From Eledone cirrhosa (lineage: Eukaryota), in assembly GCA_964016885.1 (NCBI GenBank), contig OZ024755.1, positions 13,082,001 to 13,146,000 on the forward strand: 64,000 nt of DNA, in the 5' to 3' direction. Below, one piece after another: positions 13,911 to 28,797 of this stretch. Position 1 is the stretch's first letter; every line of letters begins with the position of its first letter. The notes beneath the pieces are model-generated. The model did not search any database. It worked only from the letters and a program-made list of their open reading frames with translations, and had not been told where the DNA came from. The translations under genes and the position numbers were made by a program.

Positions 13911-13989
13911 ATTTCAGGTATTTTTTGAAAGCAAAGCATTACCCCCTAAAATACTACAGTGGGCCCTGCAATGCCATTGGGCAACCTAG
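13911..13989 (+). CDS. TEX33: TEX33/CIMIP4-like protein, probable last coding exon
   Basis: Strong ttctttctcttag acceptor. The phase-2 join gives QFQVFFESKALPPKILQWALQCHWAT*, where LQWALQ resembles TEX33 LQKALE. Confidence 0.5.
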
Positions 13990-15086
13990 CCATCCGCCAC
14001 TGATTATAGCTAAAGTTTGGTGTGTGAGCTCAGCCGTCGGGCACTAATCTTTAACTATATATACATTACTTTCCCAAGTATCGAATATTTAGTTGAATAT
14101 AGTCTTACAAGTCTAACTGGTAATTTCCAATCAAAACATCATCACTGTTTAACGTCCATTTTCCCAAGCGATCATGAGTTACACACACACATCTGTATAT
14201 TTATATTACACAATATATCTTTAAAAAACACACACGTTTAAACATACACTTACACATAATATCGACACTACTCCACACACACTTCCTTTGGGGTTCCAAC
14301 TCCTTACCAAGACTACCTAACGGTTTGTCTTGTTTACACTCTTTATTTATTTATTTTTTTAACTTAGGAATCCTTTATTTCTCTTTCTCCTTCGTGATCC
14401 AGTCTCTATTTTGTATTCCCGAAGAAGGGCTTAACTTTCTACTTTTCCATATAAAGCGTGAAACTAATAAGACTTTTTGTACCTTGGCTTGTTATCTCCT
14501 TAAACTATAGTGTGTAAACATGCACAGACGTGCGTATATGTACACAAATCGAACACGCTTTCCTTACACGTAAGAGTAAAGGAACGACGAAACCTGAAAA
14601 AGATAAATTCATGTGTGTGTGTGCAGATATTTAGTTCAAATATAGTCAAAGGGGAGATAATCTGTGTCAGTCTTGTGTGGTGAACTATCGTCTGCTGGGT
14701 GGTACTGAATCAGTTTAAAACTCATTAAAACTAATAACATACATTTACAACAATTGTATGGACTAGAAAATCTAAAGTGTTAATAGTCGATTGTTAGAGA
14801 TTCGATGGTATTACCATTTACAGTTGGGTTAGAGGTAGAAACCTCATATAACACCAGTGTCAGTGACTCTTTTGCATTTTCCCACATCCGAGATTAGCAG
14901 AATAAATTACTGAAATAAAATGTTGATAAAACTACCACAGAATTATAATTATTTTTATCGATATAAAATTACTGAAAAATTTACACCGCGAAAATCACCC
15001 GTTTCATGAGGAGTCACACTCGATTATACTGGGAGTAATTCGTTATGGTACCAGCACCAGAGATTGACATCATACAGACAAAAACA

Positions 15087-15142
<56 letters not shown>

Positions 15143-15199
15143 ATCCTTTGTTGCTGATGTGTATATCCCTAGGTAACGATGTTTATCCACCCTTTAGTG

Positions 15200-15620
15200 T
15201 ATAAGATAAACTATATTGCTCTATATGGGTGATGAGATCGTTAATCGAATCTCTAAAGCAACTGATGCCCTTGGCAAACTACATTACCGTCTATGGATAT
15301 CAAAGGTATATTCCTGAAAACGAATGCTGGTACTGACAACACTTATATAACTCGGTGACATCGACACTTTATCAAACACACATTTATAAGCTAGATGTCT
15401 TCCACGAACATTGTCTTCAATCTATTTGTGGTTATGTACATTCTGGCAGAATCTCCAATGCCGATTTCTTCACGAGCTGCAACTTCAGTGGAATTTATTT
15501 ATACTTATACAATCCCATCTCAGATTGGTTTGTCATGTTCTACGTGTGACTGGGGACTGCGCACCAATGGTAATGTAAATGGTGCACGTAATGTAGACAG
15601 ACCATTACTCAGATGTAAGG
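15200..15620 (+). mobile_element. Decayed RTE/BovB-like LINE fragment
   Basis: DEIVNRISKATDALGKL and TLYQTHIYKLDVFHEHCLQSIC resemble the RTE post-RT region. Confidence 0.55.
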
Positions 15621-15682
15621 GGACACACCTACGCAGTCTCTTGATATAAAATTGGCCGTAGCGGTATGTCATATATCAAATC

Positions 15683-15754
15683 ATATATTTTGTCTGATGA
15701 GGGCATACTGAAAAAACAGCACAGTACCTTTGAAATATATATAATAAAGTATAT
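15683..15754 (+). ncRNA. Minimal type I hammerhead ribozyme motif (Penelope-type terminus)
   Basis: 11-bp stem I with 2 G-U pairs; CUGAUGA at 15694; imperfect stem II; GAAA at 15732; palindromic AUAUAUAU stem III; AUA cleavage triplet ending at 15743. Confidence 0.62.
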
Positions 15755-15886
15755 ATTTTGATTATGTGAATATTTTTCATTTGTTAACACTTTGAATAAT
15801 ATTAAAAACTCCAGGAAATCTTTCTTGTTGAGTGCTTCTAAACTATTGTATTCGTTGAGTAATCAACGAACCATATTAATCTTTGG

Positions 15887-15951
<65 letters not shown>

Positions 15952-15954
<3 letters not shown>

Positions 15955-16026
15955 GGTGTCCCAAAATATGTATACACAATTGAACAGCATTATAATAAAT
16001 GTGTATACATGTTTTGAGACACCCTG
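15952..16026. mobile_element. Tiny Tc1/mariner-type MITE (also 45968-46045 and 61208-61293)
   Basis: TIR CAGGGTGTCCC...GACACCCTG; three copies in TA context. Confidence 0.7.
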
Positions 16027-16588
16027 AGGCTGAAAAGAAGAGCCAGACTGTTAAAAGCAGTTACAGCCATGTTTAGTAATGTACATTACAGATGAGAGAT
16101 CCTTAGTGAAAGTGAGGCTTAGTATTTGGAGGGAAATTCAAATGTTCATGTTGATAACGTTTAAAGGTGGAGAGATGCAATTATGTTTTAGTACCATAGA
16201 CATATATTAAACGAAGCAAATAAACGATTAGCCTGTTAAAATTCAAACACACCTCCACTTTTTCCAAGCATGAACACAATATGGCAGTATTTTTGCATCC
16301 CTGTGTTTATTTTATTTCATTTATAGACTATTTTTCCATCCGAACCTGGATAATTACCCTAAACACGGATTACCATGGATTAACCAGCCTCCGGATTGCC
16401 GGATTTTGAACGGCTATATATAGAGAGAGACATTTATAAATGGAGATACCTTCTTACCTTTGGTTATACTGCTGGGAAGCTGAATGTGCTGGAATACATC
16501 CAAGGTAAGTTCCATTAGTTAACTTTTATGTGTTTATAGACATTTCGGTGTGTGTATATGTATATATATATATATATATATACACACA

Positions 16589-17142
16589 CAGTAATCCCCT
16601 ATTTATTGCGGGGGATACGTTCCACAACCAACCGCAATAAATGAAGATTCACGATATAGAGAGACCATAAAGACAACCGTTGTTTTCATAGTTTAAGACT
16701 TAAAATACCTCTCCTACACACTTTAAGTACATTCATTAAAACACACTTTTGTATTTAAATACCAAAAACAGCCAGTAATGATCATATAAAAACTACGGCC
16801 AACCATCGTACCACTAGTTACCAATGACGATCATTACCAGCCATGTTATACACTGCACATCTCCCGTCAATCTATGAAGGGTTTGTAAGTAAGTTAGAGA
16901 AAAACACAATCAGTAAGACAGTAATGGAATGAAAAGTAAATAGATTTTTTTATAGTTGCGCTTTACACTTCAGTCACATCGAAACACTTTTTATTCAGGC
17001 GTGTGTACCGCGATAAGAAAATAGATATGTTCTAACGAAAAATCCGCGATGTAGAGAGGATTACCGCGATAGGAAATTAGATACGTTTCCGCGATGTAGT
17101 CGGACCGCGAAAAGTGAACCGCGGTATAGCGGGGGATTACTG
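16589..17142. mobile_element. pogo/Tigger-type MITE, copy 1
   Basis: Imperfect TIRs CAGTAATCCCC...GGGGATTACTG, TA on the right flank, CCGCG-rich subterminal repeats. Confidence 0.7.
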
Positions 17143-17781
17143 TAAAAGGTAAACATAAATAACAACAGAATCGGTACAGTATATGGCAGGAATATATTAG
17201 GTTAACGCTTAGGTAGAAATAATTATAATTCTGCGATAGTTTTATAAAACATTTTATTTCAGTCGTTTATTCCGTTAAATCTCGGAGGTTGGAAAAGACA
17301 AAAAGAGTTACTGACTGTTGTGGGTTTCTACCGCTAACACAAGAATAAATGGTAAAATTATCGAGTCTCTAATCATTCCCTATTAACACCCCAGCTTTTC
17401 TAATTGCTGTAAATCTCTGTTATTATTAGTTTTAAGGAGTCAACTGGTTCAGTACCACTCAGCAGACGACAGTTGACGACATAAGACTTATTTTGATTAT
17501 CTCCCCTTCGACCACATTTGGACCAAATATCTGCACACACGCATTTATTTTCCAATGCCCAGATTTTGTCTCAAATCATCCGGGGTTCCTCGTTAAATTA
17601 CTCGTACATTATAAATCTAGTGAAGCATGTTCGAAACGTATATATTATGCATAGTCAAGTGCACGCATATATGTATATTTTTATATTTATTTATCTATAT
17701 ATATATATATCACAAAATATCCGTGTGTGATAAAGAAAGTAGTGTTGTATAGAAGTACATTCTCTCTCCCTTCCCTATCTA

Positions 17782-18438
<657 letters not shown>

Positions 18439-19073
18439 TAAAAGGTAAACATAAATAACAACAGAATCGGTACAGTATATGGCAGGAATATATTAAGTTA
18501 ACGCTTATATAATTATAATTCTGCGATAGTTTTATAAAACATTTTATTTCAGTCGTTTATTCCGTTAAATCTCGAAGGTTGGAAAAGACAAAAGAGTTAC
18601 TGACTGTTGTGGGTTTCTACCGCTAACACAAGAATAAATGGTAAAATCATCGAGTCTCTAATCATTCCCTATTAACACCCCAGCTTTTCTAATTGCTGTA
18701 AATCTCTGTTATTATTAGTTTTAAGGAGTCAACTGGTTCAGTACCACTCAGCAGACGACAGTTGACGACATAAGACTTATTTTGATTATCTCCCCTTCGA
18801 CCACATTTGGACCAAATATCTGCACACACGCATTTATTTTCCAATGCCCAGATTTTCTCTCAAATCATCCGGGGTTCCTCGTTAAATTACTCGTACATTA
18901 TAAATCTAGTGAAGCATGTTCGAAACGTATATATTATGCATAGTAAAGTACACGCATATATGTATATTTTTATATTTATTTATTTATATATATATCACAA
19001 AATATCCGCGTGTGGTAAAGAAAGTAGTGTTGTATAGAAGTACATTCTCTCTCCCTTCCCTATCTATCTCTCA

Positions 19074-19147
<74 letters not shown>

Positions 19148-19211
19148 TATACATAAACGGAAAAAATGAAACGAAATTTCATTTCCCACTCTTAGTACGG
19201 CTGTTACTTAA

Positions 19212-19543
19212 ATATAAGTATGTACACGTACATACATATATATACAGACGTACAGTAGTATGTATATATATATACATACATGCACACATATATAAATATG
19301 TACGTATGGATTCACCGAACATTTATTATAATGCTCGGTGTGCTTGTAAACAAACATCCCGTATTAAGCCGATGGTTGCTGGACACTACGGCTTAATACG
19401 GGATGTTTGTTTACAAGCACACCGAGCATTATAATAAATGTTCGGTGAATCCATACGTACATATTTATATGTGTGCATGTATGTATATATATATATACAT
19501 ACTACTGTACGTCTGTATACATATATGTATGTACGTGTACATA

Positions 19544-19550
<7 letters not shown>
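19212..19550. repeat. Long inverted repeat (about 160-bp arms, 17-nt loop)
   Basis: Arms 19212-19371 and 19389-19550 are near-perfect reverse complements; followed by (TA)n. Confidence 0.9.
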
Positions 19551-19608
<58 letters not shown>

Positions 19609-20770
19609 AATGATGAATCGGGCGGTGTAACTGGGTGGGTGTCATTTCCCCCCCCCCCCCCCCTCCTCATAATTATATTTTTCTCCTCCAAACTTCCAAA
19701 ACACACATCTATTTGTATATGCACTACAATTTATGTACATATAATGTTTATCACATATCAACGTTTTTTATATCTTGGTTGCTATTTGATAATAACAGTG
19801 TAATATATTATATAGTTCAGATAAATATATCGATCAGTTTAGAGATTTAGATAAATAATCTACAATATTTCATTGGATTCACAGCATTGGGAGAGCGGCA
19901 TAAAGTTACGACCCTTTGTGTTCTGAGTTCAAATCATGTTGAGGTTAGCTTCGCATTTCATCCTTACGGTGTCGGTAAAATAAAGTACCAGAAATGCACT
20001 GGGGCTCGATTTAATTGACTTTCTCCTCCCCACAAATTGCTGGCCTTGTGCCTAAATCTGAAACCATTATTTATAAATCAATGAACAGAGAATATTAGTT
20101 TGAAGTGGGGGGCGGGGGATATCTAGTTATAGATAAGGTCAGAGGTTGTGACAAAAGAACTCTGGACAAACTGATTCATCAGTAAATTAATTAAATGGCT
20201 AATTAATTAACAAAGTATTAAATTGATTATCTTTGCCTTTCATCCTTACCGGGTCGATAAAATAAAGTACCAGTCATGCGCTGGGGTTGATTTAATTGAC
20301 TTTACCCTCCCTAACATTGCTAGCCTTGTACCTAGAGTAGAAATCATTATTTATAAACATATGTTCATCAATGTCCCAAATTTCAATGAAGTCCCTGGAA
20401 ACAAGAAATTTTTGCTGACTAAATATAATAAAATATGATGATAACAATATATTTCATATGCCACCATTTTGTTTCCTAGCAATGATGATGTTTTCATCAT
20501 GAACAGGATTTGCTGTCAAAAAGTTGACTTTCTACCGTTCGTATCTAAGATCTTGGAGAACCACAAATGTCGACTTTTCCTGAAAATATATTTATATTCT
20601 TTTAGTTGATCTTTCTACAAACATAAACATACACATACAAACACACATACAAGCACACACATATATACGTCTGTATGTATTTATGTATGTGTATATATAT
20701 GCATGTGTATGTGTGTATATATATATAAATATATATATGAATGTGTGTATATAAATATATATGAATATAC

Positions 20771-20807
<37 letters not shown>

Positions 20808-20889
20808 TATATATGTATATATATAAAGATTTAGAAACACCAAAGAGTCAATATGCCATAAAACTAACACGTTTCAGCCACTACTGTTA

Positions 20890-20955
<66 letters not shown>

Positions 20956-21100
20956 GAATAAGTTTAACCTAGACGCCAGAGCTCAAGCTGTTTTGATGGT
21001 TATTTCTGGACTATATATATATAACAAAGGAAGTATGGTAAGGAACCAGATGGACCATAATGCACCAGAGTACTCAATACTTAGGGTAGTAAAGTGGATA

Positions 21101-22281
<1,181 letters not shown>

Positions 22282-23390
22282 ATGCAAGAAGCAAAGAAAA
22301 TTTCATTGATATGAATGATGATCAACACAGATACACAGATAAATGATACAGTAGGGTTTTATTCCAAGCATTAACATATGTTTCATTGTCTAGTATGCAA
22401 TCAGTTATGTCTTAAAATCGCTATCTACAATGTTATTGTGAAAGTCGTTTTTTAATACTGCTTACACTAGGAAAATTATCTACATATATTATAGAAATGA
22501 ATTCTATAAGCCCAGAAACATTTCATTCACAAGAATGAAACAACTTCTAGTCCTGTAAACATCATTTCTATAATAAAATAAAGATGCCTGTACTCTAACA
22601 GATTGGTCACCTCCCAATATACATCAGGAATATTTATATATATATATATCCTTAGGGTATGCTGTTGATACCCTAAGGACAGACACAGGTCTCTTGGAGA
22701 CGCAGGACATGGCAGCAATGATGAGGGACAGAGACTACTGGAGAGAACTCATGCATGGATCTCTGGAATTTTACCCACCCTATATATATATAGGCTTAGT
22801 GGTTAGAGCATTGGCCTTGCAATCAAAAGGTTGCGAGTTCAATTCTCAACAACATCATCATCATCATCAACAACAACAGTAATACCAACCTCAGCACCCA
22901 CCAGATCAACAGCATCAACAACAACAACAACATCATCATTAACCACAGCATCAGTACAAACTTCAGCACCATCATAAACATTCACATCAATATAAATACG
23001 ATGTCTTCTTCACATTGCAATAAAGTCAAATAAAGGTTGTGAGTTAGATTATAGTTTATTTATAAAATATGATTATATAATTCAATAACACAAGTCAAAG
23101 TATGGGAAAGAATAAAAAGTTGGGATAAGGGGGCCACACTCTACACCTTCAGCTGAACAGTATATCTCTCAGCTGTGCTTTATGGACAAGAAGGTATAAG
23201 CATTACTGCAGAGGACAACTTCCCTGGTGGACATTGCTTGTCTCTGGCTTACTTTTTCATACATCACTATCAATACACTTAAATCAATATCTAATATAAT
23301 CTAATATATATCATCATCATCATCATCATCGTTTTTAGGCCTGCTTTTCCATGCTTGCATGGGTTAGACAAATATATATATATATTTTTG

Positions 23391-23471
<81 letters not shown>

Positions 23472-23547
23472 ATATTAATAAATGGAAACTATATTTATAA
23501 AACCATATTTATTCTATTATATATATTTCAAGGGTACCAAAATTTTG

Positions 23548-23608
23548 TATTTTATCTGATGAGAGCGTACCAAAGTTTTGGTACCCTTGAAATATATATA
23601 ATAGAATA
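23548..23608 (+). ncRNA. Minimal type I hammerhead ribozyme motif
   Basis: Stem I tattttat/atagaata; CUGAUGA at 23556; stem II gagcgtaccaaa/tttggtaccctt; GAAA at 23589; palindromic stem III; AUA cleavage after 23600. Confidence 0.7.
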
Positions 23609-23737
23609 AATATGGTTTTATAAATATAGTTTCCATTTATTAATATCATTGATATTATACTCCAGAAAACTTGTCGAGTGCTTCGAATCTGTTATAAATA
23701 TATTTGTTGAATTACCAACAAATTAAATATCTCTTTG

Positions 23738-23845
<108 letters not shown>

Positions 23846-23939
23846 CATGAAGATAAGTCAATAGATTTCTCCAAATGACCACTTATTCCTGCCTAGTTAT
23901 TCCTGTCATTCCTGGTACCATACTTATTAAATATATATA

Positions 23940-24273
23940 TATAAATTAATATTTGATGAACATTTACATGTTTTAGTTGTAATTGACTAATAAGATCGCT
24001 AATTAGTTAATTACTTTACTATTATACCATCCTTTGTGAAACATGTTTGAAGTTTGAAGTTCTGACCGATCTGCGGAAAAAGTTTGTATTTTGAATTTTA
24101 AACGTGTCTAGGTACCAAGGCTTTTTGCTCATATGAGTCTGTGAGTATTGATTTATTATTTTCTAGATCGTACAGGCAGACCTTATGTTGTTGAATTAAG
24201 ATTTTTCACTCTAGTGATCTTATTAGTCAATTACAACTAAAACATGTAAATGTTCATCAAATATTAATTTATA
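23940..24273. repeat. Inverted repeat (62-bp arms, 210-bp spacer)
   Basis: 23940-24001 versus 24212-24273 with one G-T mismatch; flanked by TA-rich tracts. Confidence 0.85.
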
Positions 24274-24341
24274 CTGCTCAGAAGCGATTCCTAGAGCTGA
24301 AATGATTGTAAATGACCTCTTTGAGTCTAAACTCTAAGCTA

Positions 24342-24382
<41 letters not shown>

Positions 24383-24400
24383 CCTCTTCCAAATATTTTC

Positions 24401-24744
24401 CTATGAATGTGCCAAACTTTGTCTTCTGTCATCTGTAATGTCAGATAGGATGAATGGATGAAGTCTCTGAGCAATCATTTTAAGTTTGTTTATAAGTAAT
24501 TGCTTAGTCCGAAGTGGCTGGCTATGTTGTTGTACAGCAATACCTAGAGATGAAGCTGAACCTCTTTTACCAAGGCCTACATCAAAATATATTCCATTGC
24601 TTGTATATAAAGGTAGTGGTTTCTCTGGTGGTTTCTTGTACATGAATGGTATATCAACAATTTTCCACGGGATGAATGACCAAGGGTGGACTTTCTTGTA
24701 AAGACTAGCAATTTCATCTCTCATTGCTGGATAAAAGTCATGTC
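24401..24744 (-). CDS. Secreted prepropeptide, exon 2 (peptide-bearing region)
   Basis: Acceptor ttttgtttatttgcag; A+GA gives Arg. Non-repetitive open frame HDFYPAMRDEIASLY-KK-VHPWSFIPWKIVDIPFMY-KK-PPEKPLPLYTSNGIYFDVGL-GKR-GSASS...DD-RR-QSLAHS*. Confidence 0.72.
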
Positions 24745-25003
24745 CTGCAAATAAACAAAAATTATTAAAACCATCATTGGAATACAATTCCACATGTACA
24801 TACATAATAATTGTTTCTACTTTTTGGCACAAGGCCAGCAGTTATCCCAGTGCATTACTGGTACTTTATTTTATCGACCCCGTAAGGATGAAAGGCAAAG
24901 TTAACCTCGGCAGGATTTGAACTCAGATCGTAAAGGCCCGTAACTCAATGCTGCAAACCATGGCGTCCGACCCTCTAACGATACTTCCAATCCACCGCCC
25001 TAC

Positions 25004-25320
25004 ATAATAATAATAATAATAATGAAATTATTGTGTACAGTGCTCAGGTGCACTACAACTCATCAAAGGTGCATGTATAGTACATAGAATAATGTTCAAA
25101 TGTCAGGAAAATGAACAGTGTACGAGTCATGAAATACATGTGCGTGTGTGTATGGAAGGGGGACATCAGGTGCAGTGTTGGCGAATCTCAAGAAGCATGG
25201 AGGTTTTACAGGATGCAGTGTCTCAACAGCTAACAACTGATGCAGGTAGTTTGTTCCATGGAGGTTTTAAAGGATACAGTGTCTCGACAGCTAACAACTG
25301 ATGCTTGTTCCATGTATGCA
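25004..25320 (-). mobile_element. 3' end of a CR1/L2-like LINE (also about 38623-38820)
   Basis: Two dispersed copies ending GTTGTAGTGCACCTGAGCACTGTACACAATAATTTC(ATT)n. Confidence 0.5.
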
Positions 25321-27589
25321 CACTGACACATGCATGGAAAAAAAACCATGCATCTCCCATAGGTCTACATTTTTCCATCTCCAGATGTATTAGGGATGTT
25401 TTACCTGATTTATTCAACTATAATTTACAGTCACCAACTATTATTATAGTTATCCGACTATATTTTCAAATTATATATATATATATATAATAGTAAACAG
25501 AAAACAAAGCTGCAGTAGACAGTTGTCCTGTTATTAAATAGTGTTTGACAGGTGTATATCTGTCGTGTGGCTCCTGTGGGACAGGAAGTCCCCCCACTCC
25601 CTATAACACATAATTGGTTAAAGAAAACCAGTAATGGAATAAAACAATGGAATATAGCATGAGATGGAATCAGAACTGCAAATGGCATTATATATTCGAT
25701 AATAATAGAATTTCAAGAACTCTAAGAAAAGAAATCCACTGTCTGTGGTATCTACAAGATTTCTTAGCATCAACTCTTATATAGAGAAATGTATACAACA
25801 GCCACAATACATAGAGTAATAACAGTTATATAGATAATAATATAAGCTTTCTGATTGACTTAGAACAATGAAAGTATACATATGTGTGTGTTGGCAGAGA
25901 AATATATATATATATATATATATATATACCAGGTGGACCATAATGCACCAGAGTACTCAATACTGAGGATAGTAGAGTGGGTAATAGGAAAAGAGTCAGG
26001 ACCCCGATGGCTGAGCTCTAGCCATTTTGACAGCTAGATCCGAACTCATATATATATATGTATAATATATATATACACATGACACATCTGGACTCTCCAC
26101 CTTGGTGCCCACTCCTACTGAAGAAAAGCAAATTCTTATGATATATTAAATTTTAACATTCTGTTTTACATGAAACCTCATTAGCTAGACATTCTTGAAA
26201 ACTATAGAACAGCACTATGACTACATCACATTAAAAACTGAAATCTTTACTTGAGTTTACTGTAAATTTTCCCAATAAACTGTCCTCTTGTAAAGATATA
26301 CACATTTGAAATAACAGACTATATGAAACAAGATTAATACGATATACTTGAAAAGTATTACAGCAAATTTTCTTAATGATCTTTCCATTACTAAAGATAC
26401 TATAAAGATTTGAATTCAAAACTGCATGAAACCACATTATTAAGACATTCTTTAAAGGTATGACTGCATCACACTAAAAATTAATGTCATGACTAATACT
26501 ACAAATTTTCCCAACGACCTGTCCTCTAGTAAAGATACTATAAACATTTGAATTAACAAACTGTATGAAATCACATTATAAGAACATTCTTGAAAAAGAC
26601 AACACAACACATTAAAATTTTGTCTTTATTCTAATACTGCTAATTTACTCAACAATCTGTCCACTAGACATTTCTGAAAAGTACAAAACAGCACTATCAT
26701 TGTATTTCATTAACATTTTGTTTTTGCTCAAATATCGCAAATTTTCACAATATGTCCACTAATAAAAGATAACAAAAGCGTTTTAGAATTAACAAATGAA
26801 TTTTAAATTTAAACAACTCTTTTAAATATTTTCTGTTAAACATTATAAGATATTAAAAGTTCAGTTGTCCAGTATTTTTATTGTGTTGGTGTTCCTCTCA
26901 TTAATTAAATGCTATCATCAATGTTTCTATGGAGTTAGGTTTAAATGACTGGGGAATAAACAAAGTTGTTTGCAAATGGGTTTTCACCATTACATTAAAC
27001 CATAATGAAATAGGAGGAGGGCGCGGTGGGAATTTATGGAGGAGGGTGGAGTGGGAATTTATGGAGGAGGGTGGGGTGGGAATTTATGGAGGATGTGGGG
27101 TGGGAATTGATGGAGGAAGGCAGGGTGAGAATTGATGGAGGAGGATGGGGTGGGGGTATTGGTGGATGGGGAGGTGTATTAGCGATGGAGGGGGTTGATA
27201 AGGGAAGAGATGGTGAAACAAAAGATATTTCTGTTCTTTAAGACTGGTGACAATGACAGAAAGGGGAAACGAAAGAGAAATGATAAGGTGGTGATGGTGG
27301 TGATGATTGTGGTGGTGGTGGTGGTGGTGGTGGTGGTGGTGATTGTAGTGATGGCGGTGGGGAGTTGGTAAGGGTGTGTAAAGGAAGGTGTGGTAGGTGA
27401 GTACAACAGAAAGAATATAATAAGAACCAGGAGAGAATAGGGGAAAAAATATAAAAGATGGCTGTAGAGAAAATGACAAGAAATATACACACCCACACAC
27501 ATATACACATATATAGCATATATATAAATATATTTTGTGCTCTCTTTCCCTTTATATGTGTGTCTCTCTCTATATATATATATCTATAA

Positions 27590-28295
27590 CGGCAAAGCAT
27601 AAATGAACTAAGTGAGAAATTAGGAATAAGAGGGATCAGATGCTGTTTACTTGAGAGAAGACTACGTTGGTATGGTCACGTGATGTGCATGAAAGACGAC
27701 AGCTGCATAAAAAAGTGCAGGGCGATCAAAATTGATGGTAGTTACGGAGTAGGTAGACCCAGAAAAACCTGGGACAATCTGATAAATTCCGACTTTACAC
27801 ACGTGCACCTCTCTAAGACAATGTCACTGGACCGAGATCTTTGACGCTATGCAGTAATACAGAAGACCCGCCTTGCCTATGTACAAAGCGAAACCTACAG
27901 TCAGTAGGCACCTCTTAACCAAATATACACCCCAATCCACTACCCCTACCCTATCCTCCCACTCCCACCAACACCACCCTCTCTCTGTAAAGTTGGTACC
28001 ACAACATCCAGTCCAAATAAATGAGATAATGAGATCGAGATCGTGTAGGTGTCACGACAAAAAAACACACAGTCCACGCTGTAATGTGGTCGTGTAGGTA
28101 ACACGGTAAAAAGTTCCCAGTTCCACACTGTAAATGTTGTTGGTGTTAGGAAGGGCATCCAGCCGTAGAAAACCTGCCAGATAGTCCTATATTAGCGAGA
28201 CACGGTCACCCGACCAACCTTGCCTCAAGTGGGACAACTCCCGTCTAACCCATGCTAGCGTGGAAGATGGACGTTAAACGATGATGATGATGATG
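27590..28295 (+). mobile_element. 3' fragment of an RTE-clade LINE
   Basis: RRLRWYGHVMCMKDDSCIKKC...GRPRKTWDNLI; same 3' UTR and (GAT)n tail as 21314. Confidence 0.85.
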
Positions 28296-28485
28296 ATATA
28301 TATATATACACTGTAAATGTGGTTGGTGTTAGGAAGGGCATCCTGAATGAGCAAAACAAGGTCACCCAACCTAACATTGCCTACAACAGGACAGCCCGTC
28401 TGACCCATGCTAGAGTAGAAGAATGGATGTAACGGTGATGATGATGATATATATATATATGTATGTATATATATATATATGTATG

Positions 28486-28560
<75 letters not shown>

Positions 28561-28637
28561 GTAGGTCCCGGGTTGAGTCGGGGATAACCACAGTAAGTAA
28601 GGTACTCAATACATGGCAGAGTAAAATTTTTTTATTT

Positions 28638-28744
28638 TATAGAAGGAGCTTCTACAGGACTAGTACTGTTTCATTCAGATGAAATCTTCAGGAAGCTTCC
28701 TGAAGATTTCATCTGAATGAAACAGTACTAGTCCTGTAGAAGCT

Positions 28745-28753
<9 letters not shown>
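28638..28753. repeat. Perfect 100-bp palindrome (28646-28745) carrying a hammerhead-like core on both strands
   Basis: No spacer, centre gaag|cttc. Each arm reads CUGAAGA-tttcatctgaat-GAAAC-agtacta-GUC. Confidence 0.85.

Positions 28754-28797
<44 letters not shown>

Noticed and set aside
16440-16510. Short ATG-initiated segment ending in CAAG|gtaagt
   Set aside because: No compatible downstream exon identified; cannot be supported.
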